From a virus: a DNA stretch of 64,000 bases. The notes beneath the pieces are model-generated. The model saw only the letters and a program-made list of their open reading frames with translations, made no database searches and was not told where the DNA came from. The stretch is taken from the IMG/VR virus record IMGVR_UViG_3300031841_003468, positions 32,001 through 96,000 of that record; one strand, given 5' to 3'. Shown piece after piece: positions 46,975-55,520 of this stretch; position 1 is the stretch's first letter, and the number at the start of each line of letters is the position of its first letter. The position numbers and the translations under genes were made by a program.

Positions 46975-47160
46975 CTATTTGTGAAGTGGGATGTATCCTG
47001 TGTTGTTCCAGTATGTGACCGCAAACTTCACGTATGCGGTGAGGTTGTCCCCTTTGTAACCGTACCTATTATACACACGGTCAAGCCATTGGTCAACAGC
47101 TTCATTTATTTCCCCGTCGTGGCCTAATGCTACAGATAGCTTTTCCAATAATTCTTTCAT
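46975..47160 (-). CDS. hypothetical protein
   Basis: AAGGAG RBS. Confidence 0.6.
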   Translation of the reverse strand: MKELLEKLSVALGHDGEINEAVDQWLDRVYNRYGYKGDNLTAYVKFAVTYWNNTGYIPLHK

Positions 47161-47172
47161 CGTATTTTCTCC

Positions 47173-47388
47173 TTAGCCCCAATCGCCGCATTCAGCAACA
47201 TCGACCACGCCGACCCTATCCATCGTTTCCCGTGTGAACTCCCCACGATAATCAGGGTGCCACGGCACGAAGACGACGAGCCTATCGCCGTCAACCTCCA
47301 GAACCTTGATGGAGTCGTGTTCGGGATGAATCCCGTTGGCGTGAGCGGTGGCGTTGGCGGCGGTGTCGAAGAAGATTTCAAAGTGCAT
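47173..47388 (-). CDS. hypothetical protein
   Basis: AAGGA RBS; own promoter. Confidence 0.6.
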   Translation of the reverse strand: MHFEIFFDTAANATAHANGIHPEHDSIKVLEVDGDRLVVFVPWHPDYRGEFTRETMDRVGVVDVAECGDWG

Positions 47389-47503
47389 CTGATTTTTCCT
47401 TAAAAGGTCTCTTGTGTGTTATGTCTCTATTATACACTATCGGCGTAATATGTCAATAGTCTTTAGCCATAATTTCAGAAAAAGATGAGAAAGTTTTTAG
47501 AAA

Positions 47504-47562
47504 CCCCCTCTGTCGGGGGGTTGGCGGTCGGGCACCCTGACCCCCTATTGGTGGGGGGAAAA
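47504..47562 (-). repeat. GC-rich double-palindrome element, copy 6 (inverted)
   Basis: Reverse complement: TTTTCCCCCC-ACCAATA-GGGGG-TCAGGG-TGCCCG-ACCGCCAA-CCCCCC-GACAGA-GGGGG. Confidence 0.8.
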
Positions 47563-47718
47563 TAATTGCATAAAAAATAGTAAAAAGGCCACCAGCCTAT
47601 TGACTGATGACCTTCCACACAAAAGAAATTTCCAAGCACACAAGGCAGGGGTTAAGCCGTCACCCTTTTCATCCTTCATCAAGGAGGCTTTGACTGGACT
47701 GCCCGATGTGCAACCTTA

Positions 47719-48036
47719 CTAACTCTTGAACGCCGCCTTGATTCGGCCAAGCAATCCAACACCGGCATCTTTGACAGCCGCCATTCGGCCATCGTAGAAT
47801 GCTTTGGCGGTACCGTCTTCCAGTTCGACGGTGTACAGATATTGTGATCTGTCGCCCTTGATGTTGCCATATCGCAGAGTCTGGTTAGACACTGGATGAG
47901 TTGCCAAGTCACGAACTCCCGTGACAGTACCGACGTAAGTCTCGGCGTTGGCTACGTAATCACTTACCAAAGTACCGTTGATAAGTCCGACCTTTTTGTC
48001 TTTGAGATAGGTAAACTCGATCTTCTTTCCTAGCAT
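47719..48036 (-). CDS. hypothetical protein
   Basis: GGAGG RBS before MLGKK. Confidence 0.65.
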   Translation of the reverse strand: MLGKKIEFTYLKDKKVGLINGTLVSDYVANAETYVGTVTGVRDLATHPVSNQTLRYGNIKGDRSQYLYTVELEDGTAKAFYDGRMAAVKDAGVGLLGRIKAAFKS

Positions 48037-48037
48037 A

Positions 48038-48313
48038 TTAAATGCCTCCATTGAATGGTGATTCTTCTTTAGTGTGATTTTCGGGATTGCTGTAGAAAGA
48101 ACGCAACCATTCAATACGTTCTTCGCTACCTGCTTTCCCTAGTAGTCCGTCGTTGGACTCAGGTAATTCTCGCTTGCCAATATTCCTACCGGCAGAGCGT
48201 GGTTTGATTGCCCACAGATCGTTTCCGTTTTCGTCGATGGTGACGTTGAACGCTTCAAAGCATTGAATGTCTGTGAGTGCTACTTTTCCGTTTACTTCTG
48301 GGCAGATGCTCAT
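48038..48313 (-). CDS. hypothetical protein
   Basis: AAGGA RBS before MSICP. Confidence 0.6.
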   Translation of the reverse strand: MSICPEVNGKVALTDIQCFEAFNVTIDENGNDLWAIKPRSAGRNIGKRELPESNDGLLGKAGSEERIEWLRSFYSNPENHTKEESPFNGGI

Positions 48314-48373
48314 TTTGATTTCCTTAGTGTTATCGTTTTGTATACTACTATTATGCATATTTTGCATATGGTG

Positions 48374-48685
48374 TCAAGCAGAATAAACCTTTACTTTCCA
48401 GTTTTTTCCTGAATAGTCCATATAGTTATCGCCGTCACTATATACAGTAACTGAGCCGTCGTAACCATATGATGATGGCTGTGCTTGTGCGTCGTCATCT
48501 TGGACTGGATGCCAGCGGTCACCACAGCAACCACAGTCGATTCCATCGGCAACACCGTTAAAGTAGATGCCTTTATCTTGTGCTATGCTGTTAGCCTGAT
48601 CAGCGTTATCAGCTTGAATGAATACCAATGGAGTGCCAGCAAAAGCACCGCCTGAATTGTTTTGTCTGAATTTGAACCAGCTCAT
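48374..48685 (-). CDS. conserved phage hypothetical protein
   Basis: QNNSGG...GIYFNGV...DCGCCGDRW. Confidence 0.75.
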   Translation of the reverse strand: MSWFKFRQNNSGGAFAGTPLVFIQADNADQANSIAQDKGIYFNGVADGIDCGCCGDRWHPVQDDDAQAQPSSYGYDGSVTVYSDGDNYMDYSGKNWKVKVYSA

Positions 48686-48876
48686 AGTTCTACTCCGTTG
48701 TCGATTGCAAAATCTGTAAGGTGTCGTTTTTGATTCCAAAGTGATTCCAAGCCTTTGACAGCTTGCTTTTCTTCAACGCTCTTAGCGTTGGCAAGTCGGA
48801 CTAGCTTGTCCTCGATACGTAGGTTGATCTTGAATAGTTCCAGTTTGACATTTTGTTTTGTGATAGTTTTGACCAT
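48682..48876 (-). CDS. small coiled-coil protein
   Basis: AAGGA RBS; own promoter; paralog at 52357..52527. Confidence 0.65.
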   Translation of the reverse strand: MVKTITKQNVKLELFKINLRIEDKLVRLANAKSVEEKQAVKGLESLWNQKRHLTDFAIDNGVEL

Positions 48877-49140
48877 TGTTTTTTCCTTTGTGTTACGCTC
48901 TTATTATACCATACTTATCGGCAAATGTCAATAGCAAAATTCAATTATTTTCAAACTTTTTTATAAGCCAGCCGACTGGTAAACCTATAGCCGGAATGAT
49001 CACAAACATTACAAGAGCTTCGTTTTCGAGTGCCCACTGATAAAGATCCATTTTTTTCTCCTTTGTTCTTACCTCTCTATTATACATTATCGGCATGTGA
49101 AGTCAATAAACTTTAGGCAAAAAACCGGAAATAGGCAATC

Positions 49141-49188
49141 TTTTTTTTACCCCCCTCGTGGGGGGCGAGGGTGCCGGGGCCTTTTTTT
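49141..49188 (+). repeat. GC-rich element, copy 7 (second palindrome missing)
   Basis: TTTTTTTTACCCCCC-TCGT-GGGGGG-CGAGGG-TGCCGG-GGCC-TTTT. Confidence 0.85.
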
Positions 49189-49223
49189 CCTTAACTGGCC
49201 CAGTCTTGGCGTATCGGGTTAGA

Positions 49224-49556
49224 CTAATTCCTGAACAGCTTAACACGTCTGCCGGTCATGCCATTGTGCATCTTCCAAAATTCAGCACTGTGGTGGTCGG
49301 CGTTTCTTTTGGCTCGATCATATTCACTTATGCCGCCAGCGTTAACTAGTGAGTTTATAATTATAGCTCCGCAGGCTATGAAAAACAGAACTCCAGCAGC
49401 CACAGCCAAATTGCTTTTGACCCGTTCGGCGTTGTGATACTTCCAATCGGCAATGTAGTCTAGAGTATTGACGATTGCAGGCTTAACGCAAATGATGGCC
49501 CAAATTGCGTCGAGTGTTCTTTCTCCGATTCCTTTTGTGTATCGTGTAGGTCTCAT
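49224..49556 (-). CDS. hypothetical membrane protein
   Basis: GAGG RBS; central TM helix. Confidence 0.6.
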   Translation of the reverse strand: MRPTRYTKGIGERTLDAIWAIICVKPAIVNTLDYIADWKYHNAERVKSNLAVAAGVLFFIACGAIIINSLVNAGGISEYDRAKRNADHHSAEFWKMHNGMTGRRVKLFRN

Positions 49557-49668
49557 TATTTTAATCCCTCGTAGATGAATGCCCCTGTTACAATTATAAA
49601 CCCGCCAATTAGCAAAGTCAAGAATATTCTGTCAATCAGTTTCTCTCGTCGTCGTCTGGTCATTGTTT

Positions 49669-49926
49669 TTACTCCTCGTCTCGGATGACGATTTTGTTAA
49701 AGTCCTCTGAGTAGTTGACAACGGCAAAGCCTTTTGGCCCGATACAGATCGAGATCAGTTTGTCGCCATGTTTGTTTGAGTAGATGTCTATGCTTCTGGT
49801 TCCCTCTGCAGGTATGTCCTTGTGGCTCATGCTTGCTGCAGGCAGTTGCATTACATCGGAAAAGTCTGTATGAATTTCGCCTTGTCCGTAGTATTTGATC
49901 GCTGTGTTGATTCTGTCCTGATCCAT
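49669..49926 (-). CDS. hypothetical protein
   Basis: GGAG RBS. Confidence 0.6.
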   Translation of the reverse strand: MDQDRINTAIKYYGQGEIHTDFSDVMQLPAASMSHKDIPAEGTRSIDIYSNKHGDKLISICIGPKGFAVVNYSEDFNKIVIRDEE

Positions 49927-50132
49927 TATTCAGTCTCCAGTTGGTTTTTGAGTTGGTCAATTTTGTCTAGTGCATCTTCGAGTAAGCATTTATCGTAGGC
50001 GTTGGTGCAATCTTCGATAATGTCCACTATTGTCGCTGCACAGTTTTCGTATGCTTCTAGTTTTTGTTCAGGTGTCATAGTTCTTTTCTCCTGCTAATAT
50101 TATATACATCCAGCCGATTGGGTCAAGGGGTT

Positions 50133-50354
50133 TTATTCCCCTTTTGTACCGTACTTTTCAAAGTACCGTCGAGTGGCATCGACCTTAGATTGTGGAACTA
50201 GTTCCACGGCTACAACTTCCCAATGCACTTTAGAGTTGTACTTGTACATTGTTTCGCCGTGCTCATTCTGGATCAGGCGATCAGCACTGACCATTCTGAA
50301 ATTCCATTCTTGACCGTTTCGTGGGTGAACTGCTTTTACGTCGTATTGTTTCAT
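50133..50354 (-). CDS. hypothetical protein
   Basis: ACAAC-rich leader and AAGGA RBS. Confidence 0.65.
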   Translation of the reverse strand: MKQYDVKAVHPRNGQEWNFRMVSADRLIQNEHGETMYKYNSKVHWEVVAVELVPQSKVDATRRYFEKYGTKGE

Positions 50355-50422
50355 CTTGATTTCCTTTTGTGTTGTGTTGTCTTGTATACCTATATTTTAA
50401 CATAGCTTCAGCCAATGTCAAA

Positions 50423-50659
50423 TTATTTTTTGCACTTTTCAGGATTTACTTTGACAACGTCTGACACTCTTGTCAAAACGTGTCGGCAAACTCCGCACAA
50501 GTAGCAGGTGTATTGAATCAATCCGCTTTTACCTACGGTTAGATCAGACACGTCAACCGAGCGGCTTACAATGACCCAGCCATCACCACGTGCTGCCCTG
50601 TGAGTTAGGCGAATCGTTTCTTGGCCTTCGATGGCTTGTTTGAATGCTTCTAGTTTCAT
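50423..50659 (-). CDS. hypothetical protein
   Basis: ACAAC-rich leader and GAGG RBS. Confidence 0.6.
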   Translation of the reverse strand: MKLEAFKQAIEGQETIRLTHRAARGDGWVIVSRSVDVSDLTVGKSGLIQYTCYLCGVCRHVLTRVSDVVKVNPEKCKK

Positions 50660-50721
50660 CTTATTTCCTCTTGTGTTGTGTTGTTTTGTATGTCTATATT
50701 ATACCATAGGGGTGTGACACA

Positions 50722-50934
50722 TTAGGTCACTGGAACGTACTTTCCTACAATTTTTTTCCACTTTTTCATAACATAATCGTAGCTACCCTGAGCTTCGACG
50801 GTTCCCATAGATGAGCCGGTTGAGCCTACCCAAGTGGTTATGGCGTACTTACCCAAGCGATTGCATCGCACTAGGTGACGTGTTCCAGTTGGGGTTTCCT
50901 TAGTCATTCTGATTTCGTATGCGACGTATGCCAT
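50722..50934 (-). CDS. hypothetical protein
   Basis: Own promoter and AAGGA RBS. Confidence 0.65.
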   Translation of the reverse strand: MAYVAYEIRMTKETPTGTRHLVRCNRLGKYAITTWVGSTGSSMGTVEAQGSYDYVMKKWKKIVGKYVPVT

Positions 50935-51117
50935 TTTGTTTTTCCTTTGTGTTGTTTCCTCTTATGTCTATATTATATACATCGGCATTCAAAAGTCAAT
51001 AACTTTAATCGTTTTTTTATTTTTTCAGGGCCGGTTGAGCCTATAAAAATAGGGATTTGAGGGCAAAAGAAAGTTTTTTTTATTTTATAGTGGACACCTA
51101 GCATTTGCGTCATAGTA

Positions 51118-51160
51118 TTTTTCCCCCACCTCTGGGGGGTGAGGGTGCCGGGCCCTTTTA
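51118..51160 (+). repeat. GC-rich element, copy 8 (second palindrome missing)
   Basis: TTTTTCCCCC-ACCTCT-GGGGGG-TGAGGG-TGCCGG-GCCC-TTTTA. Confidence 0.85.
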
Positions 51161-51233
51161 ACCCATAAGTCAATAGATATATATAAAAACGGTCAGATTT
51201 CCGCTATTAATTTTTGAGAGGGTTTAGCCCGAT

Positions 51234-51446
51234 TCAGTCGGCTTGGACATGCCTAAGGTCTGAGAACATTCTAATCATGTCTACCCATTTGTTTCGGTCG
51301 TAGTCAGTTAGATTTATTTGATATGCTTCAGCACCTCTGTTGGCTGCTTTGTGAAAGCCTGCTTCTGTTGTGCATCCACGGCTATCACTCCAACGGATAG
51401 CATACTCCAAAGCCCAGTTCAATATTGTTTGTTCTCTACTTACCAT
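51234..51446 (-). CDS. hypothetical protein
   Basis: GGAG RBS; TAATG overlap. Confidence 0.6.
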   Translation of the reverse strand: MVSREQTILNWALEYAIRWSDSRGCTTEAGFHKAANRGAEAYQINLTDYDRNKWVDMIRMFSDLRHVQAD

Positions 51447-51772
51447 TATACTAACTCCATGTTGTATTCGTGTTGTGCTGCTGCCAGTTCTTTAGTGTTG
51501 AATACTGGTATTCCATCAATGCATAGTTCATAATGTTCACAGTGGTTATTGCCTACCAACTCGATCAGTCGGCCTTCTACTTCTGCTGATTGAATAATAA
51601 AGAAATCCATTCTTACTTCCCTTTGAATGTAGCTAATACGTTTGTTAACTCTGTACCTATGAATCGCCTTGCCCAACGTGCTTGCCTATAGTGTGCATAC
51701 CATTGACCCTGCTTAGTGTTTGGGTTTCGTCGTCGTCGTTTGTTTCCGTCTATCTGTCTCATAGCTTACTCC

Positions 51773-52030
51773 CTAGCTGATTGACTGCCATTTACAGTTG
51801 CACTCGTTGCATACTGTTGTAGTTGTTCGGCTGTACTTGCCAACCTTAGTAACTACCGTGTCATACTTGCGACGTGTCTCTTGTCGTTCCTTGCGGATCA
51901 AGCCAATGCCGTTTGGGTTTGGCTCATTGTAGATAATGGTTGCTTGATACTCAGTTCCACAGTTGTTGATGTGGTTAGTGTATTCTGCTGGTTCAGTTGT
52001 CCATCCGTTCATTGTTCCGAGATTCTTCAT
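51773..52030 (-). CDS. hypothetical protein
   Basis: Own promoter; C-terminal CNECNC. Confidence 0.6.
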   Translation of the reverse strand: MKNLGTMNGWTTEPAEYTNHINNCGTEYQATIIYNEPNPNGIGLIRKERQETRRKYDTVVTKVGKYSRTTTTVCNECNCKWQSIS

Positions 52031-52099
52031 TTTCTTTTCCTTTGTGTTGTTGTCTCTTGTTACTCTTATTATAGACATGCCGACTGATAAGTCAAGAGA

Positions 52100-52291
52100 T
52101 TATTTTACATTTTTTTTGATCCACTCGTTATCATGGTCAACTGATCTTTGATAGTGGTCAATCATCTCTTGCAACTTTTCAACAGTGTAGTAGTCATCGG
52201 TTTGCATGTTACTCAATCGCTTTTGGAAGTAGTCACGCTGGCTAAGGTTCTGTTGGTGTAAGACGTATAGTGCTGATTCTTGATATTTCAT
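52100..52291 (-). CDS. hypothetical protein
   Basis: Own promoter and AAGGA RBS. Confidence 0.6.
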   Translation of the reverse strand: MKYQESALYVLHQQNLSQRDYFQKRLSNMQTDDYYTVEKLQEMIDHYQRSVDHDNEWIKKNVK

Positions 52292-52356
52292 TTTCTTTTC
52301 CTTTTCTCTTATGCCCTTATTATATTATATATATCGGCCATTGTCAAGAGAATTCT

Positions 52357-52527
52357 TTAACCATTTATGATTTTTTTTAGAATATCTTTTCTATCCCATA
52401 ACAACTGTAATTCGTTGTAGATACAGTTTTTATTCCACTGTCCTAATTCGTTAGCGTGTTCGACAATCTTCTTTTCGATTTGTCGGTCAGTCTTGAACAG
52501 TTCTAGTTTGGCTTCGTTCTTAGTCAT
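52357..52527 (-). pseudogene. frameshifted paralog of 48682..48876
   Basis: MTKNEAKLELFK...IEKKIV matches TKQNVKLELFK...IEDKLV; similarity continues (ELQLLWDRK vs GLESLWNQK) only in another frame. Confidence 0.5.
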
Positions 52528-52629
52528 GTTGACTTCCTTTAATTCATTAATTGTTATACTCTAAGTATATACTATATATCGTCAAATGTCAATAGCTACA
52601 TGAGATAATTCTGAGAAAAAACCAAAGTA

Positions 52630-52670
52630 TTTTTTACCCCCCTAGTGGGTGGTGAGGCCGCCGGGCCCTT
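52630..52670 (+). repeat. GC-rich element, copy 9 (second palindrome missing)
   Basis: TTTTTTACCCCCC-TAGT-GGGTGG-TGAGGC-CGCCGG-GCCC-TT. Confidence 0.85.
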
Positions 52671-52838
52671 CTTTCCCTTTAGTTTAATTAAGTTAAATGA
52701 CCAATAATTGTTTAGAGGTCATTGGCACATTTCTGCACCAACTAAACCAATAATAACTGCACTAATGATAAGAGTAGTAATCAACATATCTAATTCTCCT
52801 AAAGGTTAACTTGTCTCTGATATTATATATATCGACAA

Positions 52839-52969
52839 ACTAGCAGATAGACATTAGATAATTCTTAGATTATTCTTAGATAGTTGTCACTAGTAGATGG
52901 ACACTTGAATATGTGCCTATAGGTGGGTGGGGTTTTTTGTTCATTTAGACAGCCCCCTCTGTTGGGGGG
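52839..52969. repeat. short direct repeats plus a lone C/G palindrome at the module boundary
   Basis: TTAGATAATTC/TTAGATTATTC/TTAGATAGTTG (52854-52886); ACTAGYAGATRGACA at 52839 and 52889; CCCCC-TCTGTT-GGGGGG at 52953-52969. Confidence 0.55.
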
Positions 52970-53031
52970 AAAGTGTAATGGGGTACATTCGCAATGAGCT
53001 CACACAATTCTATATGTATAAGCTAAACCTT

Positions 53032-53502
53032 CTAGCCTCTGTATGGACTTCCCAGATACTCTAACTGGCGTGGCTCTGATAGTAACTCCATTCCTGCTTC
53101 TTCTGGAGTTCTGTTAGCCTTCTTCTGATTACACTTGAAACAGCTTGTCACTATGTTCTGCCATGTCCGTTCACCGCCCTTACTCTTAGGATGAACATGA
53201 TCCATGGTTAACTCACTGCTAACAAAGGTCTTTCCGCAATACTGACAGGTGTTATTGTCACGCTCTATTATATTCTTTCTAGACGGGGTGACTCTTGGGC
53301 GGTTCTTTACGAATGTTTTAAGACAGAGGACTTTAGGAACCTCATATTTATTGCCATTACCATCTCTGACAGTGATACCCTCATGATATTCGATAGGCAT
53401 AGCAGCTTCTTTCATTAAAAGCAACATTCCTTGCTTCCATGAAACCTTGGCCATGACTGTCCAATCGAGATTAAGTATAATGGTCTTCTTTTCTGCTATC
53501 AT
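53032..53502 (-). CDS. HNH endonuclease (McrA-like)
   Basis: RDNNTCQYCG, TMDHVHPKSKGG, WQNIVTSCFKCNQKK. Confidence 0.92.
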   Translation of the reverse strand: MIAEKKTIILNLDWTVMAKVSWKQGMLLLMKEAAMPIEYHEGITVRDGNGNKYEVPKVLCLKTFVKNRPRVTPSRKNIIERDNNTCQYCGKTFVSSELTMDHVHPKSKGGERTWQNIVTSCFKCNQKKANRTPEEAGMELLSEPRQLEYLGSPYRG

Positions 53503-54413
53503 TGATAGATCTGTCCAGTGTTAACGGTGTCAATTACCTCGGAAGGTATCCTCTCATTCATATTATTGTATCTGTAGTGTATTTTTGCATACATAAATTC
53601 TGCAACTGCTTTAGGACTAAGAACTTCATCGTATCTTGCAACTATATAGTCGCTTAGACCTTGTAATCTCTCAGGTGGTAGCTCCATGTATGCTTTTATA
53701 ATCCAAGGGAGTGCATACCATGATTTTAGAGTAACAAAACAGTCTGATAATGCTTGGTAGTACCATGTTTTAGGTAGGACAGGGGTAATAACTACTGAAC
53801 CAACACTCATTGACTCGAAAAACCTAAAAGTCTCCATAGACATTGCTCCACCGGGACATAGAGAGATCTTTGTATCTGCCATGAGCTCTGAATACTCATT
53901 TGCATTGAGACCCATACCGAATCCTTCAGTAAAATTAATGAATCCATTATAATCATCTAGGAACGGCCACTTCTCATCGCCAACCATGTTATTTACTATA
54001 TATCTGAAATAGTTCCTAGTGCCCGTATTCTCGTCACACTGCCCCGAGAAGGAATAATCGTACTTTCTCTCACTCATAGGCTTAACGTGCGTTAGGAACT
54101 CGCTGGTAGGCCCTAGAGGGAATGTTTCAACATTGGGAGACTCTAATATATATCCCCATCGGTCTAACATCATGTAATGTTGGAATATATACAGAATTTG
54201 AGGGTTCAATACCTCAGGAGGGACTGCATGACCTTCATCAGATAGATTTAAGAGTATAATCTTCTTACCGGGAACACTAGGTAATTGTTGAGCAGCATAC
54301 TTTACTACCAATACAATATCTCCATCAAGCATACGGGATAATTCCTCAGTAATGCTTTTCAGATAAACCCTTTCTTTTGCTATCTCATCAATGAGACTAA
54401 TAGTTTCGATCAT
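53499..54413 (-). CDS. exostosin/GT47-like glycosyltransferase
   Basis: YSFSGQ, TKISLCPGGAMSMETFRFFESMSVG. Confidence 0.75.
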   Translation of the reverse strand: MIETISLIDEIAKERVYLKSITEELSRMLDGDIVLVVKYAAQQLPSVPGKKIILLNLSDEGHAVPPEVLNPQILYIFQHYMMLDRWGYILESPNVETFPLGPTSEFLTHVKPMSERKYDYSFSGQCDENTGTRNYFRYIVNNMVGDEKWPFLDDYNGFINFTEGFGMGLNANEYSELMADTKISLCPGGAMSMETFRFFESMSVGSVVITPVLPKTWYYQALSDCFVTLKSWYALPWIIKAYMELPPERLQGLSDYIVARYDEVLSPKAVAEFMYAKIHYRYNNMNERIPSEVIDTVNTGQIYQ

Positions 54414-54457
54414 TTCAATTTTGCTCCTGAAAAATATCTTAGTGTGTCCTACCTAAA

Positions 54458-54697
54458 CTATCTACGCTTCTTCTCTTTATGGCGTTTAGATGCTTTGTAG
54501 TCGATTGTATTGTCTGGTCTTTTAATAACACAGTTAGTTCTACGTAGTCGTCTGATCATAGCAGAAGTAACTTTCCTCTTATCGCCGTTCTCATATCTAA
54601 TCCTAGTCAATTCATCAGCAATGCGGCCATCAGTCCAGATTTCTGCCAATTCTAAGGCAAATTCTCTCTCACTTTCGCTCATACTAGGTTTCGGCAT
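54458..54697 (-). CDS. small basic HTH-like protein
   Basis: WTDGRIADEL...VTSAMIRRLRR. Confidence 0.55.
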   Translation of the reverse strand: MPKPSMSESEREFALELAEIWTDGRIADELTRIRYENGDKRKVTSAMIRRLRRTNCVIKRPDNTIDYKASKRHKEKKRR

Positions 54698-54799
54698 AAG
54701 TTTTTCCTAAAAAATGTAAAATTTATTGTGTTTTTTCTTTTCTCCCCGTGTATAATAATTATAACGGCAACTTTTTTATTTAGCACAAAGTTTATCTTA

Positions 54800-55021
54800 A
54801 TGTCAGAAAATATTCGCAAAAATTTACTGGAATCCGAACTCGTGGCGAGGGGAACTGCAGAGTTAGAAGAAGACGTGCGTAAAGCTTTAGCAATGGAAGC
54901 TGGTTTATCACCAGAAGAAGTAGACGCACTATTTGAGTCCGGTATGCCTTTCGGTACAACAGCACACACGGTTTGCGACCCAGAAGAAAGCAAACCCACC
55001 AAGGATGAAATTACCGACTAA
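54800..55021 (+). CDS. small acidic hypothetical protein
   Basis: First gene after the GTGTATAAT motif at 54748. Confidence 0.5.
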   Translation: MSENIRKNLLESELVARGTAELEEDVRKALAMEAGLSPEEVDALFESGMPFGTTAHTVCDPEESKPTKDEITD

Positions 55022-55520
55022 CATGACTGAGGCAGAGGTCGTCCAAACGATTTTGGAAGTGACCAAGAGATTGTCCTCCAGTTTTACATTTGCATACTTC
55101 GACAAAGAAGATATAGAACAAGAAGCCTTCTTAATGGGAATGGAAGCTCTCGATAGATACGATGAAGCTCGCCCTCTTGAAAACTTTCTATTCATACACA
55201 TCAAGAATCGCCTTAAGAACTTTAAGCGTGATAAGTACTATCGCTACGATGAAGGCAAAGCTCAGAAAATACAACAAAACAAGAAGAACTTGTTAGACCC
55301 TCTCAATATTGACGTACTCCCTCTTTCTTATCGTGACAATAAAGACGAAGAGCGTGACATTGAAGAGATATACAATATAATAGATAGAAATTTACCCAAC
55401 ACCATGAGAAACGATTATCTTCGCATCAAATCCGGTGTTCAAGTTAACAAGAATAAAAGAATTGAAGTAATCGAAGAAATACAAAGAATACTGGAGGAGG
55501 TATTAAATGAAGAAGGGTAG
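55005..55520 (+). CDS. sigma-70 family RNA polymerase sigma factor
   Basis: DKEDIEQEAFLMGMEALDRYD...LENFLFIHIKNRLKNFKRD (region 2); region 4 looks reduced. Confidence 0.8.
   Translation: MKLPTNMTEAEVVQTILEVTKRLSSSFTFAYFDKEDIEQEAFLMGMEALDRYDEARPLENFLFIHIKNRLKNFKRDKYYRYDEGKAQKIQQNKKNLLDPLNIDVLPLSYRDNKDEERDIEEIYNIIDRNLPNTMRNDYLRIKSGVQVNKNKRIEVIEEIQRILEEVLNEEG

Larger units (their letters stand above)
39218..52592 (-). promoter_or_regulatory. set of 17 early sigma70-type promoters
   Basis: TTGAC(A/T/C)-N16-TATAAT with -10 at 39218, 40629, 42242, 42474, 43617, 44001, 45524, 45737, 46886, 47429, 49079, 50099, 50972, 52068; N17 at 48903, 52319, 52564 (TATACT). Confidence 0.85.

Noticed and set aside
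47604-47630. Hammerhead core CTGATGA...GAAA
   Set aside because: Required flanking stems are absent; the sequence is one arm of a terminator.
39273-52670. GC-rich elements as terminators, integron attC sites or twister ribozymes
   Set aside because: On the transcribed strand the hairpin is followed by an A-run, real terminators sit beside copies 2 and 6, there are no RYYYAAC/GTTRRRY ends or integrase, and only TGCCGG resembles twister.
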